A stretch of 64,000 nt of DNA from Piromyces finnis finn (GCA_002104945.1 MCFH01000068.1:124001-188000); one strand, 5' to 3'; shown: positions 50,410-62,688, counted from the first letter of the stretch. Numbers and translations: made by a program. The notes: a model not told the origin generated them from the sequence alone.

Positions 50410-53168
50410 TGTTTAATCCTCTTTTGAGGTCGCCATGGAAAGCAGCGAATGAGGATCGTCTTTTCTGAAGCATGGTAGGAAAAGACAATAAACCCTGGTC
50501 TTCATCTATTTGATGATTCTCAAGGGGCTCTACTCATGCTCATGGTACTGAGCGAGTAGAAAAAATAAATCCAAACATTGCGCAATGGATGCTTGGTTAG
50601 TCTTTATTGGGAAATATTATAAGGACTAAACTTATGGTACTGGGCACATAGAGTAGATAATTTGAGTGTTAGTTGTTATATCATATCTCTCTTACACCTT
50701 CAACTTACTTTAGATAGTAGTTGCTTTTACAACTTTTATAACATAATATTAAACTTAAAATTGTTTTATTCGGTAGTATTAAATACTGATTTTGAATATT
50801 TTTTTTGATTTCATTTTTATTTTTTAGCTTTCATAGAAAAATTGTTATCCCAATTTATTACTTATTCTCTTTGTTCTTTTATTCCTTTCTAATCTTTATA
50901 TGTTGATTAGTCAGATAGTTTTGTTTTTTCAGTTAGTTTTTTATTCCTTACATTTATTTTTGAGTTTCGCCGTGGGGTGCGGCTTTAATTACTATAATCA
51001 TATTTAATCTTTTATTTTTTTTTTTTTCTATTTTTATTATTTTCGAGGGGCGCGGCTTTTTTTTTTCTTTATGATTTTTTATGATTCTAGTAATATCTTT
51101 TTTATTTTTATTTTCTGAAACTCTAGATTTTCCAAGGAATCTCTTTTCTACTAACATTCTTTTGTATTCTTTTTCTCTCTCTTCTATATATATATTTTTT
51201 TATATTTTATATTATATGTATATTTGTATAATTTTATTAGGTTTATTATGGACTCTTATGGTAGGTATTAACTCCTTTTTTTAACATTTTTATTATCAAA
51301 GCTTCAATCCTAGAAAATCCAGTATTCTATTCTTATATTATAAATACTACTCTTATTTCATTTTTATCTTTTAAAAAAAAATTTATTATGTTTACCCAAA
51401 AATTTTCAATTTTTTTCCATTATTTTTTGATATAACATCTTTTCGCTCTTATTATCTCTCTACCTTACAACATAAATAACCTAAATGAATGTTCAAATCC
51501 AACAATCAGAATCAACACAATACAATAATCATCCAATAAATTATACAAATCTTATAAATATAAAGAGCTTTCAAAATACAGTTATAATACAGAAGTCCAA
51601 AGTGATAGATATTCAAAATTTATTTACCCGTTTAAAGTCTTCAGTAGAGTTAGAACTAAGTTTGTCAACAACTTAGCCACTTTTCCAGATATAAAATTTA
51701 AAATATTGTTTGACAAATAATCCACTAGCTATATAATATATCCGTCTTTACTATTATTATTTATATTTTACTATATATTTTATTTTATTATCATATTTAT
51801 ATCAATATATCAATACTTCAATTTATTAATATCTATTGGCATAATAAGTTCTTTCAAAATGAACAATACCAATTGTACTGTACCTACCTTACGACGTGGT
51901 CTTCGTTTCTTCGAATCTAACTCCCAATCTCTAGTAAAATATCTTGGAAATTCATTGATAAGCTCAAAAACAATAGATCATACAAAAACAAACGATCTAT
52001 CAAATCTACTACTGGTCCACTCTCTGACGATTTCTATTTTAGTCACTTAAGCTCTAATGCTTCCTTTTTCAACTTATGTACTTGTTGGAACATCAATGGT
52101 TGGAACCCTGAGAAAAAGGACGGTGTTTTATACTTCATCTCTGTTTTCAAACCTGTATGTGTCTGTCTTCAAGAAGTAGGTAATAGCCAATTCCTCTGTG
52201 GTAATGCAATTTCCTCCCCATGCCTACCAAACTATAAACCAGTACACAGACGTGCTAATCCTAAAGTTCCAGGTATGAGAGGACTTTACATTGGTGTTCA
52301 TAACTCTTGTTCCTTTACTCCTGAACCTCTTCTTTATAAGTACATCATTTCAGTTACAATACTGTAATTTTGGAACCAGAGATGTACCATCGGTAATATT
52401 TACTTCCCGCAAACTAGATGGCCGGATGCTAGATTAATTGCCTTTGATGAACTTGATAAGTGGTTAACAACGCATAACAAATTCAATCACCCAGCTATCC
52501 TTGTTGGGGACTTTAATATGTCAGTTATTAAAATCAAATCTTATATATCACAACACTTCCCGGATTGGACTATGGCAAAATTAACTGGTAATAATTTCAC
52601 TTGGGAAAAAGGTTCTAAATCTTCATGCATTGATCATATTATATACAACAAAGCTATGACAGAACACATAAACAAATCTTCAGTTTGCGAAGTTTTTCAC
52701 GATGTTTCTGATCACACACCGATCCTTGTGTCTTGTAAAAAAGACTCTTTTGATGGTTTCAAAAAGCCTAAGAAGACCTTTAAATGGTCAAGTCATATCT
52801 GTAACACAAAGTGTTCTGACATTCTTACTAGTAATCGCTTTGCTGTTCTAGCTTCCGAGCTTGAAGCTAATTGCGATAACCTTTCGGCTGACAATATGTT
52901 TCAAATTTTTTAGATACCTCCAAAACTATAGGTAAAGAAATAAAAGCCATTGTGCCTGCAGATTTAAAAGGTCCAGCATTCCATTGCCCTCAATACATCA
53001 AAAACCTATCACATGAAAAACACTTGGCTTACAAAAATATTAAGCCCCTTTCAGATTGTGCTGACATGGAAAATTATCTTAACCAGTTCTCCATATACCA
53101 AAATTTATGTAATACCATCAAAAAGGTTAAGAGTAAATTCAGATCCAATCTCTATTAAGCTAATATTG
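50410..53168 (+). mobile_element. LINE-B 5' half (5'UTR plus AP endonuclease), degraded, truncated by an LTR
   Basis: CWNING, LQEVG, GMRGLY, VGDFN, CIDH, SDH motifs at about 52080-52720; 52952-53158 matches 8862-9824 ORF start. Confidence 0.88.
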
Positions 53169-53832
53169 TGTTTACTTGATGATATTTAACTATACCAGTT
53201 TATTTTATTTACTATTTGATTGGGTAAATGAAATAAATTTTCTATTTAATTAATAACAATTACTATATGGTTATGAATAATTTAATAATTAATAATGTAA
53301 AGAACTAGCATTCAATATTTTATTCAATGAATTATATTATAATTAAGAAATAATTAATATTATAAATATTATAAACAATATTTATTTTTAATAATTAGTA
53401 ATAAGTCTTTAGTTTTAGTATTTTAAAATATAATATGAATATAATCATGTATTGAAAAGTTATTTTATTATTAAATATATAATTACAAATAGTATAAATA
53501 GTTTAGAATAGTTTATGAAATTAAAATTTTAGTAAAGATTATTAATAATAATAATAATAATAATTAACAATAATAATTAATAACAATAATTAATATTTAA
53601 TAATAAGTATTGCTATTAAATAATCTCACTATTATATTCTTTATTAATATTTTATTTAAATAAAATAGAAAAGAAATTATTTTAACCATAATATATAATT
53701 TCACTATTCGTTTATAAAACAATTAAGATTATTTTAATAAAACTTTTTTTCTAACCTAGTTATCTTTTAACCTTTTATTTAATTTAATTTAATATTTTAA
53801 TATTAAATTATAAATTTAGTAAAACTTTTACA
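53169..53832 (+). repeat. LTR (about 660 bp) of a third Gypsy-type family; left end approximate
   Basis: 3' two-thirds homologous to 36171-36783; ends AAAACTTTTACA; followed by gag. Confidence 0.75.
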
Positions 53833-53896
53833 ATAATCTTTACCGCGTTTTTACCAAAACTACCTTAGGAAAAAACTTAATTTAAAAATTTAAAAA

Positions 53897-54640
53897 ATGA
53901 CTCAACCAACACCTAAACCAGTTCAACAATTTCTAAAGCCTCAAGATTTAGAAGAATTTAAGAAAAATCTTTGTGGTGAACTAGATAAGTATATTACTCA
54001 ACAATTGGACAAAAATACCACCTCCTTATTAGAACGTATGGATGCCATGTTAAAGGAACTCAAGAGTCGTGCTACTTATACTGAAACTGAAGAATTTTCT
54101 ACTGATTATGATGAAGATCATGATGTTATAGTGCGCAACAGAACTTATCCTATCAAACAAGTAACAGATCCAGGATTCTTTACTGGTGATACTACTCAGA
54201 CTAAATTATTCTGCGAACTCTGCCAAGCTACCTTTAAAACTCCACCTAACAATCAGCTCTCCGAAGAAGTAAAAATTAACTTTGTTGTTAGATTACGTGA
54301 TTCTGCCAGAACTTAGTACCATATTAAATACAAAGATGGAATTGCTTCTATGACTATGAACGAACTATTAAGTGAGTTAAACCAAGCCTTTTCAAATGTT
54401 ACCAGTACTAAATTAGCCATGATTCAATTAATAGAATTAAGACAAGCTTATGGAAAAGTGAATGATTATATTAACAAATTTAGAGATTTAAGTCGTTGCT
54501 TAGAAATAGATGACACTAGTCTTTCACTATTATTTTTAAATGGATTACATCCAAAATATAAGAATGAAATTAAGAAAGCTGATATTTTACCAAACACTTT
54601 AAGTGAAATGGTTACAAAGTTTGAAGTCTCTAGAAAATGA
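53897..54640 (+). pseudogene. Ty3/Gypsy-type gag (retrotransposon gag domain), broken and truncated
   Basis: PGFFTGD..LF major N-terminal motif; LRQ..GKVNDYINKFRDL..LFLNGL. Confidence 0.8.
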
Positions 54641-55387
54641 AAATAGGACGCGAGATTCAGAAGTTATCACTAGTTTCGTATAGTGCATTTTCTTCTCAAG
54701 GGTTAATTTATTGAAAATTAAATTTTTGTGATCCTTAACCCTTTTCAATATTAAATTTTTCCAAGTGATCTTTTTAATTATTTTTAAAAGTGTTTTATAC
54801 TTTTTGAAATATAAATTTGATTCTTAAATTGTTTATTTGAATATTTAATTTATTTTTTAATCGTCTTCTATTCTTGACACATTATTTTAAATACGTATTA
54901 ATACAGTATTTTACAAGAAATATTTCTTACAGTATCGTTGTAAAATGTTTTTTTTATAATATTAGTTAATAAGTTATTAATTAGTCAATTAAGTTAGTTA
55001 TTACCTCTCTATACGAGTTAATAACTAAATAAAGTTTTATAAAAAATAATAAAAGAAAGAAAACAAATATTATAACACTAAAATAAATATAAGCACTTAT
55101 ATAAATATTTTATGAAATAATTTCTACTTAAATAATTATGTCTTAATTATATCTTTTATTTATTTATTATAATTATAATACATTAATTATTATTATAGCT
55201 ATTAATTTACTTTAATACTAACGCTAAAGTATTTAACGTTAGTTTAAACTATACTATTTAACTATATTAGTTTATTTTCTTTACCACTTGATTAAGTAAA
55301 GCAAATAAACTTCCTATTTAATTAATAACCATTAATATATGGTTATGCACATATCTGGCCAATAAATGGTGACCAGAATATATGGTT

Positions 55388-56029
55388 TGTCAAAATCACA
55401 ATTCATGAAATTTGACATTTCATGAAATTTCATAATTTTGAATTATTAGTTAAATTAATTAAAATATTAATTTAATAATATTTTACTAATAATAGTTTAT
55501 TTAATATAAATATTAATTGGAAAGCTATTTATTATCCGGAGATAAATAGAGTGTAACAATTAATTAATATTAAACAAACCAATTAGTAAAATAAGATTCA
55601 TTTAAATAATTATTAATATTATTTTTAACAACTTATTAATATCGATATTTAAAGAAAATTATATTATTTTTACTATTATATTTTATTAATATTTATATTT
55701 ATATTATTATACATGTATAACTTAAATTATATTATTATTATACTTTATTAATATCAACATTATATTAAAAATGAAGTATAAATAAGTTGAACAAAGAACA
55801 ACTTTAAGAAGTTCTTTGTGAGATTATTATACTCATTTTTATATAGTAAATTCAATATTTAAAATTAATAATTATCATTTACTTATATTATTAAATTAAA
55901 TAAAATATTTCTTAAAAAACTATATTTATTACTCTTTTATTTATAAAAATTTATTATTTACTATATAATTAAGCCTATCCTAACCTAGTAGACTTAATTA
56001 TAATTCTAAATCCACTCTAACTCTTGACA
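55388..56029. repeat. Solo LTR (642 bp)
   Basis: TGTCAA...TTGACA termini; TSD TGGTT at 55383-55387 and 56030-56034; empty site preserved in the homolog at about 6330-6345. Confidence 0.88.
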
Positions 56030-56089
56030 TGGTTTCAATTGAAATATTTGTGGGCAAACTTATGGCCACAAATATTTCTTACAAAAATA

Positions 56090-56440
56090 GAAATAACTAA
56101 ATTGTCTTAGTGGTTAGTAGCTAAGACTTTGAGTCTTAATGACACTAGTTCGAGACCTCATAGATATTATTTTAAAAAATTATAATTTTATTTTATTTTA
56201 TTTTTAAATTTTATTTTATATGAAGATTATTGATTGGTTAAGAATTTTAAGTTGAAAAAATTTTATAAATTATTTTAAAAAATTTTTAGTATAAATACGA
56301 GTGAATTTTCCCAAATATTTTAAAGAATCGAGATTTTATTAATAAATAATTATATTATTAAACACTAACTTATTAAGTTAAATTCTATGTGTTTTTAATG
56401 ATATTTTTATAAATTAATAATTTACAGAATATTTTAAAGT
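56090..56440 (+). repeat. Diverged relic of a Gypsy-2-type LTR, inverted relative to 56570-56978
   Basis: TGTCTTAGTGGTTAGTA, GTTCGAGACCTCAT, GATTGGTTAA, TATAAATACGAGTGAA and GAGATTTTATTAA blocks in the same order as the LTR reverse complement. Confidence 0.7.
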
Positions 56441-56569
56441 GTTAATATTACTAAGTTATTTAGTAAATATTATAATTTGTTTTATTGTTAAAGACACATT
56501 TCTTTACACTCTATCGGATAAGATTTCCAAAGGAAGACCATGAAGCCTGAAGATATTGTTTATAAAGGC

Positions 56570-59500
56570 TGTAAAGAACTAATGTTCAATAAATAAAAAC
56601 ACAAATATATAAAAAGGAAAATAATAAAAGCAAATAAAAATTTTATTATTGAACACTTAACAAAATTATAACAGGTTAGTGTTTAATAATTTTATTTTTA
56701 TTATAAAATTTCTTTGTTAATAAAAACTCGAATTCCCAATAATTTTTTGAGAAATTTCACTCGTATTTATATAAATGTTTTTAAAAGTAAATTTATAAAA
56801 ATTTTACAACTTAATTTTTTAAGCCAATCAGAAATTATCTTCTTTGGTAAAATTTCGTTATAAAATATTTTAATAATTAAAAAAAAGATATTAATGAGGT
56901 TTCGAACTCGAGTAGTTCAAACCAAGGTCTTAGTTACTAACCACTAAGACAGGTTACTAATTTCTATGATTCGTTACATGGTCCTCCTCCAGGATTCGGA
57001 TACCAGACGAATCAACTAAATTTATTTGTTACTTTATTATAAAAGAAATAATTGAAACGAGTGAATACATTTTGAAAAATTTTTTTTTTTTTTTTTTTTT
57101 TAAATTACATGAATATTAAATTATAAATATATTTTTTCATTTTCTATTTTCTATTTTCTATTCTCTTTTTCTCTTATCAATTACTAATTTTTTTTTAAAT
57201 TAATAACTATTACTAATGTGAATTATTAAAGTTTTTAATTAGTTCATCGCAGTTTAAATTACTTTCAGGTTCCCAAGATGCTTCTGAAAGCGGATAACCT
57301 TTCCATTTTATTAGATATTGAATCTTCCCATAATGCTTTCTTTTATCAAGTATTTCTTCTACTTCGTATTCTTCTTCTTCATTTACTATTATAGGTGGAG
57401 GTGGATCTTTGATTCTTCCAAAACTATCTTCATAATACGGTTCTAGGTTTGAAACATGAACAATTGGGTAAATCTTCAGCGATTTTGGTAATTCTAATTT
57501 ATAAGTGAGATTAGAGATTTTACTAATTATCCTAAACGGGCCAAGTTTCCTAGGATTAAATTTTTTATTTCCTTTATGAATTATCAAGGAGCTATCCAAC
57601 CATACTTTGTCACCAGTCTTGAATGTCGGAGGTTCTTGTCTATACTTGTCGGCATATTTCTTTTGAACTTGGATGGCCTTCTTTAAGTTTTCTTTTAGTT
57701 TCTCCATTAGGTCTTCAAAGTCTCTTGTAAACTCTTCAGCTCTTGGAACATTCGTTTGGTCAGGAATTACCGGAGAGTATTTTGGGTGATAACCATAATT
57801 TAGGAAGAATGGTGAGAATTTTGTTGAGTCTTGAACAGCATTATTGTAACTGAATTCTGCCAATGGAAGAAAGTTGATCCAGTTTGTTCCTTTATAATTA
57901 GAAAAGCATCTTAAATATTGTTCAACAACGGAGTTTACCCTCTCCGTTTGGCCATTGGATTGATGATGATATGGTGAAGAATATTTAACATTGACGTCCA
58001 AAGATTGACAAATAGATTTCCAAAATTTCGAAGTGAATTGCGCGCCTCTATCGGAAATAATTTCAGAGGGGAGACCGTGAATTTTGAAAATATAATTCAA
58101 AAAAGCAAAAGCAGTATCAGAAGCAGAAGGAATACCTTTAAAGGGAATGAGGTGGCACATTTTAGTAAGGCGGTCAACTACAACAAGAATAGTGTTAAAT
58201 CCATCCGAAGGAGGGAGGTCAGTAATGAAATCCATAGAAATAGAAGCCCAAGGATGGTCACTAATCTCAAGGGGTTGAAGTAAACCATATGGTTTATGAC
58301 GAGAAGGCTTGGAGCGGCAACAAATCTCGCAAGATCGGATATAATTCTTAACATCAATAGAAATGGATGGCCACCAAAAGTCACGAGAGATCAAAGAAAT
58401 AGTTTTGCGGATACCAAAATGACCGGCAGAGGGGGAATCATGACAGAGTTTCAAAACGGAGGGACGGCATTTTAAAGGGACATAGATTCTACTATCAAAA
58501 AGAAGAAAACTATTACTAAGGGAGAATTTATTACTTTGTGGATGTGGAGCTGGGAGATTCTTATTTTCAAGAAAATTGCAAATGTCAATGTAAAAAGAGT
58601 CGTTCACATATTCAGATAATATTTCATCATTAAGAGAAGAAATGGAACAAATCAAAGCGCAGAAATTCTCAGGGCGTAAAACCGAAAAAGGAGCATCAGA
58701 AGGAAGAGAGGAATCTATATAATCAGGTCTTCGTGAAAGCGCATCAGGTTTACCATTTGATGAACCAGAGCGGTAGAGAATTTTAAAGTTAAATTCGGAA
58801 AGGAAAAGGGCCCAACGAACGAGACGTTGTGACATTTTTTCCGGTTTCTTTTGATATAGTAAGTTTCGATGATCTGAATAAATAGTAAACGGGGTTAAAG
58901 CACCTTTGAGAAAATGTCGCCAAGTTTCAAGAGCATTAACAATAGCTAAAAGTTCTTTATCGTATATAGGATAGTTTCTTTCAGCGGAAGTAAGAGATCT
59001 TGAATAGAAAGCGACAGGATGGATCATTTTATCATCAGGAGATTTTTGAGACAGAACTGCTCCTATAGCAAAGTTGCTAGAGTCGGTTTCAACAATAAAG
59101 GGAAGATCACGATTTGGGTGAGACAGGATGGGAGCAGATGAAATTAATGATTTAATGGTATTAAATGCATCAAGAGCTTCAGAGGAAAAATCAAATTTAA
59201 CGTTTTTACGAAGTAGTCTGTGAAGGGGTTGTGCAACTTTGGCAAAATTAGGAATAAACCGACGATAGTAGTTGGCTAGGCCAATAAAAGATTGAACTTC
59301 CTTGACACTGGACGGAACTGGCCAATTAATAATAGCAGAAACTTTATTGGGGTCCATATGTATACCTTCAGAGGATATCCGATGACCAAGGAAATCAATA
59401 GAGGAAACAAAGAATTCACACTTTTCAAGCTTAGCATAAAGACCAGCATTTCTTAAGCGATCCAGGACTTCGATAACGTGCTTAATGTGGGATTTATGGT

Positions 59501-62500
59501 TTTCAGAAAAAATAATTAAATCGTCAATATATGAATAAACAAAAATCCCTAGAATATTTTCCAGAACATCATTGATAAAATGCTGAAAAACAGCCGGGGC
59601 GTTTTTCAGTCCGAATGGCATTACCAGGTATTCAAAGTGGCCGAATTTGCAGGTGAAAGCTGTTTTATATTCATCACCCTTTTTGATTCGGACCAAATTA
59701 TATGCTGATCGTAAATCCAATTTTGAGAAGATTTTCGCTTTACCAAGATGCTCTAGCATATCTTGAATCAGAGGTAGAGGATAGGAATCTCTAATGGTAA
59801 TTTTGTTGAGTTCCCTATAATCTTGACAAAGACGGAGTTCACCATTCTTTTTAGGAACGAAAAGTACAGGCGCACCAGCAGGAGATTTGGATTTCCTAAT
59901 GAAACCCTTTTTGAGGTTTTCATCGATATAATCCTTCAAAACTCTTGTTTCTTCGTCTGTTAGTGGGTAGATTGGTCCATAAAATAGCTTGGCATTTTCG
60001 ATTAGGTTTATTTGGCAATCATAAGGACGATGAGGTGGTAATTGATCAGCAGAAGATTCGCTAAAGACGTCCATATATGATTCTAATTCCTTCGGAAGTT
60101 TAGTAGTAGGATTTGAGTCTTTAAAAGAGTTTTTTGGTGAACAAGAATCAACTTTAGAAAGAGATATATTAGAAGCCATGACAGTACAAGTCTCTTGTGA
60201 TAAAGGATCGTTAACAGATTCATTGTTAATTAAGACAGATTTAGAACGATTTTCTTTGGGATTACGAGAATGAGATAACTTAGAATTTGAAAAAGAAGAT
60301 TTAGGTTTGTCAATAAAAATAGGCAAAGAAACGGAAGAAGAGTTATTGCAATCAGTAGAAAAAACAGAAGTTTCCTGATGGAATTCGGGAACATTCGAAG
60401 GGAGAGTCATACAATGATCCAAGCAATATGAAGAACCAAAGGATAATTTATTATTTTCAAAGTCAATACTTGGATTATGTTCCTTAAGCCAACGTAGACC
60501 TAGAATACAAGGATATACAGGTAGATCAGTAACGTAAAAGACAGTACGGCATAGGTGATCCATGTAGCGAAGATTAAGAAGTGGAGTAACTCCGAACAGT
60601 TTTTGGCTACCACCAATACCGAATACGTTGGGTAAATCTTCTTCATAGTGGTAGGGAATATTGTGATCGTTGCAATAGTCGACATCTATTAGATTAAGTG
60701 TAGAACCGGAGTCTATAAGAATTTTTGTGTCTAGTTCAAACGATAATTTAAAATTTGAGGTTACCCTATCTTGTTGATTTTTCTTGGAATTGGTAGAATT
60801 ATTTTGTAGAGAAACTAAAGATTCGAATGCTGAGTTTTTATTTCTTCTCTTATGACAATCTTTCAGTTGGTGTCCTGGAGATCCACAATAGACACATAAG
60901 TTTTCCTTACTTCTTCTTTCTTTTTCTTCCTTGGATAACGGACCAAAGTATCTTTTCTTCTTGGGATGTTCTTTTAGATTTGTGGAAGCCTTTCTGGAGC
61001 CATTGCTGGAATTAGAACTTGGTCCCTTAGTATTTTTGTCAAAAAATAATCCCCTGGTAGCAAGTCTGGAGTCTATTCTAGCTGCAATAGTTTGGAGGGA
61101 AAACAAATCTCTTGGTCCTGGGAACATCTCTAATATCTTCATTGCAACTTCTTGGTTGAGCCCAGCGATAAAAGCATCCATCTTAGCCTCTTCATTCCAG
61201 TTAGATTCATCAGAGTATTTGTTAAATTCAAGGATGTATCCTCTGATGCCGCCCAAACGATGTTGCTTGAGAGTACGTAGCATTTGATTGGCTACGTAGA
61301 CTGCATCATTGTTCCCGTAGAATGCCTTTAGTCTTTCCTTGAATGCTTGGTAGTTGGTCAGACATGGATCATGGTTGTCAATAAGCGTAGCGGCCCAATT
61401 TAATGCATTTCCATAAAGGCGAGAAATCAGGTAGATAACCTTGCTCTCTTCATCTTGATATCTTTCGGGATAAAGGAGAAAAACAAGTTCTATTTTAGCT
61501 AAGAAACCTTTGAGATATTTTCTGTCTCCTGCGAAACCGTCTTTTAGTGAGGCGTTATCAAATATTTGTCCTTCCATTAAAATTAAAAAAATATAATTGT
61601 TTGAAAATAAAAATTATGTAAATAAGATAAAGTTATGTTTGAAGAAATTAAGAAAGAAAAAAAAAATTAAATCTTTATTATTATTTATTGATTAAAATAT
61701 TTTAAATATAGACAAAGAGTCAAATTAAATAGTATTGGACCATCAAATATTTAATTTTATTAGTATTCAATACTAGGTCCCTTGTAGCTCTTTGTTGATA
61801 ACGTAGATATTATCAATTGTTAATATTGGAAATGAAAATTTTCAATAAAAGGAATTAACGGTATTAGTTTCTTTATTGTCACTTACTTAATTAAGCGGAA
61901 AGAAAAAAAATAGGTTTAATTCCCCGATTATTAATAATATCTAAACAACAAAGTATTACGTATAGGTGTCCAACTATCCACGCTAAGGGAGGTATTGAAT
62001 CCTAACTTCTTTGTTATTTTAATATTTTTTCAAAAATAATAAATAAAATTTAATTTTATTTATTAAAAGTAGAAAACGTTTTATTAGAAAATGAATTTTT
62101 TCTTTATTATTAAATTAAGCGTCCTGGCGCTCCCCTTATAATAACTGTGGGTTTTACTTTTGTTTTCAGTACCCTTATTGTTAAAATAAGCTTCACTGAC
62201 TTACTTAATTTTTTAATAAATTAAAAATTCTTCCTTTTTTAAACACTAAGGTGTTATTATATATTTTAGGAGTTTTTATTGTAAAGAACTAATGTTCAAT
62301 AAATAAAAACACAAATATATAAAAAGGAAAATAATAAAAGCAAATAAAAATTTTATTATTGAACACTTAACAAAATTATAACAGGTTAGTGTTTAATAAT
62401 TTTATTTTTATTATAAAATTTCTTTGTTAATAAAAACTCGAATTCCCAATAATTTTTTGAGAAATTTCACTCGTATTTATATAAATGTTTTTAAAAGTAA

Positions 62501-62688
62501 ATTTATAAAAATTTTACAACTTAATTTTTTAAGCCAATCAGAAATTATCTTCTTTGGTAAAATTTCGTTATAAAATATTTTAATAATTAAAAAAAAGATA
62601 TTAATGAGGTTTCGAACTCGAGTAGTTCAAACCAAGGTCTTAGTTACTAACCACTAAGACAGGTTACTAATTTCTATGATTCGTTACA
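56570..62688 (-). mobile_element. Intact full-length Ty3/Gypsy chromovirus (Gypsy-2), recent insertion
   Basis: Apparently identical 409-bp LTRs 56570-56978 and 62280-62688; TSD AAGGC at 56565-56569 and 62689-62693; PPT GGAGGAGGA. Confidence 0.98.
57213..61577 (-). CDS. Gypsy-2 single-ORF Gag-Pol polyprotein with chromodomain
   Basis: [61 protein letters not shown]. Confidence 0.97.
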   Translation of the reverse strand: MEGQIFDNASLKDGFAGDRKYLKGFLAKIELVFLLYPERYQDEESKVIYLISRLYGNALNWAATLIDNHDPCLTNYQAFKERLKAFYGNNDAVYVANQMLRTLKQHRLGGIRGYILEFNKYSDESNWNEEAKMDAFIAGLNQEVAMKILEMFPGPRDLFSLQTIAARIDSRLATRGLFFDKNTKGPSSNSSNGSRKASTNLKEHPKKKRYFGPLSKEEKERRSKENLCVYCGSPGHQLKDCHKRRNKNSAFESLVSLQNNSTNSKKNQQDRVTSNFKLSFELDTKILIDSGSTLNLIDVDYCNDHNIPYHYEEDLPNVFGIGGSQKLFGVTPLLNLRYMDHLCRTVFYVTDLPVYPCILGLRWLKEHNPSIDFENNKLSFGSSYCLDHCMTLPSNVPEFHQETSVFSTDCNNSSSVSLPIFIDKPKSSFSNSKLSHSRNPKENRSKSVLINNESVNDPLSQETCTVMASNISLSKVDSCSPKNSFKDSNPTTKLPKELESYMDVFSESSADQLPPHRPYDCQINLIENAKLFYGPIYPLTDEETRVLKDYIDENLKKGFIRKSKSPAGAPVLFVPKKNGELRLCQDYRELNKITIRDSYPLPLIQDMLEHLGKAKIFSKLDLRSAYNLVRIKKGDEYKTAFTCKFGHFEYLVMPFGLKNAPAVFQHFINDVLENILGIFVYSYIDDLIIFSENHKSHIKHVIEVLDRLRNAGLYAKLEKCEFFVSSIDFLGHRISSEGIHMDPNKVSAIINWPVPSSVKEVQSFIGLANYYRRFIPNFAKVAQPLHRLLRKNVKFDFSSEALDAFNTIKSLISSAPILSHPNRDLPFIVETDSSNFAIGAVLSQKSPDDKMIHPVAFYSRSLTSAERNYPIYDKELLAIVNALETWRHFLKGALTPFTIYSDHRNLLYQKKPEKMSQRLVRWALFLSEFNFKILYRSGSSNGKPDALSRRPDYIDSSLPSDAPFSVLRPENFCALICSISSLNDEILSEYVNDSFYIDICNFLENKNLPAPHPQSNKFSLSNSFLLFDSRIYVPLKCRPSVLKLCHDSPSAGHFGIRKTISLISRDFWWPSISIDVKNYIRSCEICCRSKPSRHKPYGLLQPLEISDHPWASISMDFITDLPPSDGFNTILVVVDRLTKMCHLIPFKGIPSASDTAFAFLNYIFKIHGLPSEIISDRGAQFTSKFWKSICQSLDVNVKYSSPYHHQSNGQTERVNSVVEQYLRCFSNYKGTNWINFLPLAEFSYNNAVQDSTKFSPFFLNYGYHPKYSPVIPDQTNVPRAEEFTRDFEDLMEKLKENLKKAIQVQKKYADKYRQEPPTFKTGDKVWLDSSLIIHKGNKKFNPRKLGPFRIISKISNLTYKLELPKSLKIYPIVHVSNLEPYYEDSFGRIKDPPPPIIVNEEEEYEVEEILDKRKHYGKIQYLIKWKGYPLSEASWEPESNLNCDELIKNFNNSH

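Noticed and set aside
50413-50460. Canonical HDV-like ribozyme
   Set aside because: GCGAAT plus P2 pairing is present, but P3/L3, P1 and P1.1 cannot be built from the 23 intervening nt; kept only as an unclassified structure
56100-56160. Genuine tRNA gene
   Set aside because: No complete cloverleaf or acceptor stem; it is part of an LTR relic
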